From: Crocinitomicaceae bacterium
GTDB lineage: Bacteria; Bacteroidota; Bacteroidia; Flavobacteriales_D; Crocinitomicaceae
Length of the DNA stretch: 64,000 nt
Assembly (NCBI GenBank): GCA_044240055.1
Contig: JBIIAG010000010.1
Coordinates: 18,463 to 82,462 of the forward strand
Direction of reading: 5' to 3'
This document shows, one piece after another, positions 59,032-64,000 of the stretch; positions within the stretch are counted from its first letter, which is position 1; each line of letters opens with the position of its first letter. Position numbers and translations under genes: made by a program. The notes beneath the pieces were generated by a model that saw only the letters and a program-made list of their open reading frames with translations, was not told the DNA's origin and ran no database searches.

Positions 59032-59364
59032 ATGAAACAGGGAGAACTTTGGTTTGCCAATTTGAATCTGGTCAAAGGAAGCGAACAGGCTGGAATGCGT
59101 CCGGTCGTTATTGTGAGTGGAAACTTACTCAATACGTATTTGAACACGGTTATTTGTTGTCCACTGACGACAAAAATCAAGCATTACAAAGGTGAAGTGG
59201 TCCTTGAGCCAACGGAGCAAAACGGACTCACCACCGAATCAGAAATTCTGACGCATCACATTCGCTCCATATCGAAAGACCGACTTACAAAACGCATAGG
59301 CGTCATCGAAGAAAAGGAAGTTCAGTTAATCAAAAAGTACTTGAATGAAATCATGACGTATTAA
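59032..59364 (+). CDS. mazF: MazF/PemK family type II toxin endoribonuclease
   Basis: 110 aa. GELWFANLNLVKGSEQAGMRPVVIVSGNLLN....VICCPLTTK is the PemK/MazF signature. Confidence 0.85.
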   Translation: MKQGELWFANLNLVKGSEQAGMRPVVIVSGNLLNTYLNTVICCPLTTKIKHYKGEVVLEPTEQNGLTTESEILTHHIRSISKDRLTKRIGVIEEKEVQLIKKYLNEIMTY

Positions 59365-59367
59365 GAT

Positions 59368-60192
59368 TTAGCCCAAGGCCACATCTAAAATCATCATCAC
59401 GAGAAATCCACCGATGAAACCGAGAACAGCGACATCTGTGTATTTGTCCCGCTGGGTTTCCGGAATCACTTCCTCTACCACCACGAAAATCATTGCTCCA
59501 GCGGCAAACGAAAGCGCGAAAGGCAAAATGGGCTCCATGTAGATCACGGCTACAGCTCCAATAACGCCCGCTATTGGCTCAACAATCGCTGATAGTTGTC
59601 CATACATGAAACTTTTAAAACGACTCGCTCCTGCCCTTCTTAATGGCATGGCAACGGCAAATCCTTCCGGGAAATTCTGAATACCAATTCCGATTGCTAA
59701 TGCAATTGCTCCGGCGATAGTTGCTCCTTCCATTCCATGTGCTGCGGCGCCAAAAAGTACTCCGACTGCTAGTCCTTCGGGAATGTTGTGTAAGGTAATG
59801 GCAAGAACCAACAAGGTTGTTTTGTGCAATTGCGTTTTCACGCCTTCGGACTCTTCTTCCTTAAAGTTGATGTGTAAATGCGGGAGTTTTTTGTCTAAAA
59901 AGAACAAAAACAAGGCTCCAACAAGGAATCCAACGGCTGCTGGCATCCATGACATTGTCGGATATAGTCGTTCGGAAAGTTCGATGGAGGGCAGTAACAA
60001 GGACCAAAAACTAGCAGCTACCATCACACCACCTGTGAAACCTAACATGCCATCGAGGAGTCCACGGTGCATGTTTTTAAAGAAGAAAACCAAGGAAGCT
60101 CCAGCTGCAGTGACAAGCCAGGTAAAGGTTGTTGCGAGAAATGCCGCAAAAACTGGATCAATGTGTTGGAAGTAATGTTCGAGTTCTTTCAT
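59368..60192 (-). CDS. ZIP family divalent metal transporter (ZupT-like)
   Basis: 274 aa and polytopic. Signature LHNIPEGLAVG and QNFPEGFAVAMPL. Confidence 0.85.
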   Translation of the reverse strand: MKELEHYFQHIDPVFAAFLATTFTWLVTAAGASLVFFFKNMHRGLLDGMLGFTGGVMVAASFWSLLLPSIELSERLYPTMSWMPAAVGFLVGALFLFFLDKKLPHLHINFKEEESEGVKTQLHKTTLLVLAITLHNIPEGLAVGVLFGAAAHGMEGATIAGAIALAIGIGIQNFPEGFAVAMPLRRAGASRFKSFMYGQLSAIVEPIAGVIGAVAVIYMEPILPFALSFAAGAMIFVVVEEVIPETQRDKYTDVAVLGFIGGFLVMMILDVALG

Positions 60193-60235
60193 AGCTGATT
60201 CTTACACAAATGTAAGCATCAAATGAATCGAAAAA

Positions 60236-61348
60236 TCAATTAAACCCGTTCAAAACAGCTTTTTCCTTTAAACTTTTAGAAACCGCAGTACCGAAATCGT
60301 CTTTGACATCGGTTGTTTGCCCGGTTTGGGTAGTCTTTACTTGTTGAATAAACCCATCGCGTTGCTTTCCTAATTGCCCGATTTCACTTTGGATTTTCGC
60401 ACGTTCTTCACTTTTCTGTTTGATGTACGCTTCTTTTTCCTGCGTGGATTTTCCTTTGAGTTCCTCTGGCAATTCCTCATCTTTCAATTTCCCAACAATC
60501 GTTGAATCCATTTTCGCCGCGTCTACCATGTCCCAACTCATATTATTATACACGGATTTCGATTTCACCAAGGCGCGTTCAGAAGAAACAGCAACACCTT
60601 GCAACAAGGCATTGTCATCTTCACGTTTTTGTTTCATGCGGTTTTCTTTTCCTAAACTACCATAGGAAATGTAGGTTTGATTTAATTGGATATTCAATTG
60701 ATTGATTTGTTCATCGTATGGTGTTTGAATCGCAACGATTTGTTCGTTGGAATTGATGTTAAAATAATCGCCACGAGAGCAGTTTGCACCATCCTTCCAA
60801 TTCTCACGAATTCCTTGTTCCAATGCTCCACAATAAATCGTATTGACGAATACGTTTTTGGTATTTGCTAATTGACAGGCATTCTTGTAACTCACCGGAC
60901 CTTGATTGAAAGGCTCATTTCCTGCGATATAAATCATTTTGAGGTCCGCTGGATCATTCGACCAATTAAGTTGCTGCAAAGAGGTTTGAATTACCGCTCC
61001 GCAGTATTCCGATCCACCGTTCGTACGCAAACCAAAAAGTTTTTCCGAAACCAAATCCAAATCACTGGTAAAAGGCAATTGTTGACGGATAAAATTACTT
61101 TCCGCGCTGAGTTCAGCATTTCCATAATCATACATTGCAATTTCAAGCAAGGGCGTTTGACCTTGGTACTGCAATCCACTCGCTTCATTTATAATTGCCC
61201 AAATGCGCGATTTTGCCTGATTGATCAATCCATCCATGCTATTGGAAGTGTCAAACAGTATCACTAATTGGATTTTTCGCGAACTAATTTGGGCGTAACT
61301 CACTTGACATAACGCAAGTACTAAAAAGGTAAAAAAGAACTGTTTCAT
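60236..61348 (-). CDS. secreted von Willebrand factor type A (vWA) domain protein
   Basis: Start refined to MKQFFFTFLVLALCQVSYAQ. The MIDAS motif is LVILFDTSNSMDG. The C-terminal region is coiled-coil and charged. Confidence 0.75.
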   Translation of the reverse strand: MKQFFFTFLVLALCQVSYAQISSRKIQLVILFDTSNSMDGLINQAKSRIWAIINEASGLQYQGQTPLLEIAMYDYGNAELSAESNFIRQQLPFTSDLDLVSEKLFGLRTNGGSEYCGAVIQTSLQQLNWSNDPADLKMIYIAGNEPFNQGPVSYKNACQLANTKNVFVNTIYCGALEQGIRENWKDGANCSRGDYFNINSNEQIVAIQTPYDEQINQLNIQLNQTYISYGSLGKENRMKQKREDDNALLQGVAVSSERALVKSKSVYNNMSWDMVDAAKMDSTIVGKLKDEELPEELKGKSTQEKEAYIKQKSEERAKIQSEIGQLGKQRDGFIQQVKTTQTGQTTDVKDDFGTAVSKSLKEKAVLNGFN

Positions 61349-61416
61349 CGTTGTTGGACTTTTGTTTTTTGTCTGGTACAACGAAGAAGTAAAAAGGTTC
61401 AGAGGAAAGTGGAATT

Positions 61417-61830
61417 TTATTTTAGCGACTCAAAATAACCCAGCGCCAATTCATATCCCTTCATGCCAAATCCAAAAATGCAACCAGCGCAAACTGTACT
61501 CAACATGGATTCGTGGCGGAAAGATTCACGTGCGGTGATGTTGGAAATATGTACTTCGACAACCGGTGTGGAAATCGCTGCAATGCAATCGCGCAAAGCA
61601 ACACTCGTGTGGGTGTATCCACCGGCATTGAGGATGATTCCATCGGCGTCGGCTTCCTGTAGGATATTGATCAATTCTCCTTCCACATTGGACTGAAAAT
61701 AGGAGATTTCAGCACTAGATTTCGATTTCAATTCCGTTAAAAAGTCTGCAAACGAAACATTCCCATATATTTGTGTTTCACGGGAACCGAGTAAATTTAA
61801 ATTTGGACCGTTTACAATCAGAATTTTCAT
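61417..61830 (-). CDS. aroQ: type II 3-dehydroquinate dehydratase
   Basis: 137 aa. MKILIVNGPNLNLLGSRETQIYG, NAGGYTHTSVALRD and VEVHISNI. Confidence 0.95.
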   Translation of the reverse strand: MKILIVNGPNLNLLGSRETQIYGNVSFADFLTELKSKSSAEISYFQSNVEGELINILQEADADGIILNAGGYTHTSVALRDCIAAISTPVVEVHISNITARESFRHESMLSTVCAGCIFGFGMKGYELALGYFESLK

Positions 61831-61832
61831 AG

Positions 61833-62738
61833 ATGTCGAATTGGGAACGCTATATTAAGGATTTTGTTTCATACTTGAAAATCGAGAAGGGATTGGCTGA
61901 GAATTCCATCTTGGCGTATCAAAACGATGTCGATAAATTAAAAGACTTTTCAGGGGGAATTGGGAAGACAGCGGATCAACTCAATTACGAGGACCTCAAA
62001 CAATTTCTTTCCACGCTTTTCGACTTCGGACTCAGTGCTAGAAGTCAAGCACGAATCATTTCAGGCATCAAACAGTTTTACGGATTTCTCATCCTAGAAA
62101 ACTTGGTAAAAGTGGATCCAAGTGAGCTCTTGGAACAACCCAAACTTGGACGCAAACTTCCGGAGGTTTTGTCCATCGAAGAAATCGATGCCTTGCTCGC
62201 AGCAATTGACTTGAGTAAAAACGAAGGGCACCGCAATCGCGCCATGCTAGAAACGTTGTATAGTTGTGGCTTGCGTGTGAGTGAACTCGTTGGACTCCGT
62301 TTTTCAGACCTCTTTTTTGAGGAAGGATTTATCCGTGTGATTGGTAAAGGAAATAAGGAACGCTTAGTACCGGTGAGTCCCCAAGTTCAGAAAGAAATCG
62401 AGATTTATCAACAGCACATTCGGAACCATTTGAACATCCAAAAGGGAAGTGAAAACATCGTTTTTTTAAACCGAAGAGGTGCACAATTGACCCGTGTCAT
62501 GGTCTTTACGATCATCAAAAATTTGGCAGAATCCATCGGACTCAAAAAGAACATTTCACCGCATACCTTTCGACATAGTTTTGCGACGCATTTGATTGAA
62601 GGAGGTGCCAATTTACGGGCGATTCAGGAGATGTTGGGACACGAATCCATCACAACGACCGAGATCTACACACACTTAGATCAACGCTTCCTGAGGGATG
62701 CTATTTTGTCGTTTCATCCACGAAATGCCAAAGCGTAA
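61833..62738 (+). CDS. xerD: site-specific tyrosine recombinase XerD
   Basis: 301 aa. N-terminal SAM-like domain (YLKIEKGLAENSILAYQNDV). The catalytic region includes RNRAMLETLYSCGLRVSE, PHTFRHSFATHLIEGGANLRAIQEMLGHESITTTEIYTH. Confidence 0.9.
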   Translation: MSNWERYIKDFVSYLKIEKGLAENSILAYQNDVDKLKDFSGGIGKTADQLNYEDLKQFLSTLFDFGLSARSQARIISGIKQFYGFLILENLVKVDPSELLEQPKLGRKLPEVLSIEEIDALLAAIDLSKNEGHRNRAMLETLYSCGLRVSELVGLRFSDLFFEEGFIRVIGKGNKERLVPVSPQVQKEIEIYQQHIRNHLNIQKGSENIVFLNRRGAQLTRVMVFTIIKNLAESIGLKKNISPHTFRHSFATHLIEGGANLRAIQEMLGHESITTTEIYTHLDQRFLRDAILSFHPRNAKA

Positions 62739-62791
62739 TTCCAGCAAAAAAGAAGGATCAAAAGTTTTTTTTGGGAATATTCGTAAAATCG

Positions 62792-62822
62792 TTTGTGGAA
62801 TTTCAAAAGTTTGTTACCTTTG
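62792..62822 (+). promoter_or_regulatory. Bacteroidota sigma-A promoter (-33 TTTG, 19-nt spacer, -7 TACCTTTG) for rpmB-rpmG-DUF4295
   Basis: gTTTGtggaatttcaaaagtttgtTACCTTTG ends about 38 nt upstream of the rpmB ATG. Confidence 0.5.
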
Positions 62823-62859
62823 CATCCGCTTTTTTACATTTATAAGTAATTTTAAAGAC

Positions 62860-63096
62860 ATGTCAAGAGTTTGTCAATTAACAGGTAAGTCAGTAATGGT
62901 TGGGAACAATGTTTCTCACTCCAATCGTAAAACCAAACGTAGATTTTACCCAAATTTGGTTACGAAAAAGTTTTTTCTTCCAGAAGAAGAAGCTTACATC
63001 ACATTAAAAATTTCAACTTCTGCACTTCGCACGATTAACAAGAAAGGTATTGCCGCTTGTATCAAAGAAGCTCGTCAGAAAGGTTTTTTAAAATAA
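62860..63096 (+). CDS. rpmB: 50S ribosomal protein L28
   Basis: Start refined to MSRVCQLTGKSVMVGNNVSHSNRKTKRRFYPNL (78 aa). The upstream part of ORF 62698..63096 is non-coding. Confidence 0.95.
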   Translation: MSRVCQLTGKSVMVGNNVSHSNRKTKRRFYPNLVTKKFFLPEEEAYITLKISTSALRTINKKGIAACIKEARQKGFLK

Positions 63097-63128
63097 AACT
63101 GTTGCGAAACAGATAAAATAAGAAGAAA

Positions 63129-63317
63129 ATGGCTAAGAAGAGTAAAGGTAACCGCATCCAAGTAATTTTAGAGTGCACTGAGCACAAAGATTCAGGCATG
63201 GCAGGTACGTCGCGTTACATCACGACGAAAAACCGTAAAAACACACCGGATCGTATGGAGATTAAAAAATTCAATCCGATCTTAAAGAGAATGACTGTTC
63301 ATAAAGAAATTAAATAA
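63129..63317 (+). CDS. rpmG: 50S ribosomal protein L33
   Basis: [62 protein letters not shown]. Confidence 0.95.
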   Translation: MAKKSKGNRIQVILECTEHKDSGMAGTSRYITTKNRKNTPDRMEIKKFNPILKRMTVHKEIK

Positions 63318-63324
63318 CTAGGAC

Positions 63325-63480
63325 ATGGCAAAGAAAGTTGTAGCTTCCCTACAAAAAGGTGGCGGTAAAGAACATACGAAAGTGATTAAAATGGTAAAAT
63401 CCGAGAAATCGAATTCTTACACATTCAAAGAGGAAATCGTTCATAACGATAAAGTAAAAGAATGGTTCGCTAAGAACTAA
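63325..63480 (+). CDS. DUF4295 family small protein
   Basis: Hand-translated 51 aa: MAKKVVASLQKGGGKEHTKVIKMVKSEKSNSYTFKEEIVHNDKVKEWFAKN. It occupies the conserved position after rpmG in Bacteroidota. It falls below the ORF-track cutoff. Confidence 0.75.
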   Translation: MAKKVVASLQKGGGKEHTKVIKMVKSEKSNSYTFKEEIVHNDKVKEWFAKN

Positions 63481-63499
63481 TCCTCAAAAAACCTTGTAA

Positions 63500-63529
63500 A
63501 AAGCTTCCACATCAGGGAGCTTTTTTTTT
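63500..63529 (+). terminator. Rho-independent terminator after the ribosomal-protein operon
   Basis: AAGCTTCC - ACATCA - GGGAGCTT (8-bp stem with one G-U pair), followed by a T9 run. Confidence 0.6.
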
Positions 63530-63540
63530 ATCTTTAATCT

Positions 63541-64000
63541 ATGGGACTATTTGATTTTTTCTCGAAATCTAAAAAAGAAACGCTAGACCAAGGCCTAGAG
63601 AAGACGAAACAATCGTTTTTCTCTAAAATTGCACGCGTCCTAGTTGGTAAATCACATGTTGACGAGGAAGTACTGGATGATTTAGAGGAAATGCTTATCA
63701 CTTCCGATGTCGGTGTGGAAACAACCTTGAAAATCATTGAACGCATTCAAGCGAGGGTCTCCAAAGATAAGGTCATGGGTTCCGATGAACTAAACCGTGT
63801 CCTAAGAGAAGAAATCATTGCCTTATTGGAAGAAAACAATTCCAATCAAAACGGCAACCTAGAAATAGAAAAACCTGCGGATGGAAATCCATACGTAATC
63901 ATGGTGGTAGGTGTCAATGGAGTTGGTAAAACAACCACTATTGGAAAACTTGCACACCAATTCAAAGCTTCTGGATTAAAAGTAGTTCTTGGAGCAGCAG
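63541..64000 (+). CDS. ftsY: signal recognition particle receptor FtsY (3'-truncated by the window edge)
   Basis: Hand translation: [33 protein letters not shown]...[18 protein letters not shown]...[20 protein letters not shown] (GTPase G1 loop). The frame is open to the end of the window. Confidence 0.9.
   Translation, partial: MGLFDFFSKSKKETLDQGLEKTKQSFFSKIARVLVGKSHVDEEVLDDLEEMLITSDVGVETTLKIIERIQARVSKDKVMGSDELNRVLREEIIALLEENNSNQNGNLEIEKPADGNPYVIMVVGVNGVGKTTTIGKLAHQFKASGLKVVLGAA

Noticed and set aside
61833-62738. Tyrosine recombinase as the integrase of a mobile element
   Set aside because: It has full XerD-type motifs and length and sits beside housekeeping genes (aroQ, rpmB). It has no flanking tRNA, direct repeats, excisionase or cargo genes, so it is the chromosomal dimer-resolution recombinase.
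62698-62859. Long N-terminal extension of the rpmB ORF, overlapping the xerD 3' end
   Set aside because: L28 begins at MSRVCQLTGK, and a -33/-7 promoter lies inside the supposed extension.

Overview
This is an AT-rich chromosomal window from a Bacteroidota, probably Flavobacteriia-like, genome. Three things support that placement: several T9SS cargo proteins with type A and type B C-terminal sorting domains, TAnnTTTG -7 promoter boxes, and rpmB-rpmG-DUF4295-ftsY synteny. I support about 55 protein-coding genes. I found no rRNA, tRNA, CRISPR array, transposase or prophage. Housekeeping genes recognised with high confidence are guaA, secA, hemF, kdsC, rocD, a PGM/PMM-family mutase, aroQ, xerD, rpmB, rpmG and ftsY (3' partial). 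The left third (1-23 kb) is dominated by secreted or T9SS surface proteins and peptidoglycan-remodelling enzymes. Candidates worth follow-up: (1) A six-gene same-strand membrane module at 27.0-30.8 kb, comprising a duplicated-domain protein, an orphan YidD-like protein, a TerB-like/Zn-ribbon TM protein, a YdjI-type SPFH protein fused to GYF_2, a small GYF_2 protein and a 4-TM protein. It is bracketed by two diverged ~430-aa HTH-like paralogues. I know of no described system with this composition. (2) A dabA-dabB (DUF2309 plus NuoL-like) inorganic-carbon pump operon that also carries a SulP/STAS transporter and a beta-barrel protein. (3) A translationally coupled GH109 / nucleotidyltransferase / APH-type kinase operon, which suggests periplasm-to-UDP-sugar GalNAc salvage. 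(4) Phased GTGCTAAT octamer arrays (16-bp unit) directly flanking a LamG/T9SS gene. (5) Three overlapping lipoprotein genes that include a YARHG protein. All domain calls come from motif recognition by eye; no HMM or BLAST search was run. Start sites were refined from the ORF track by in-frame ATG, signal-peptide logic or N-terminal motif, and may be off by a few codons. Hand-counted coordinates of small elements may be off by 1-2 nt.
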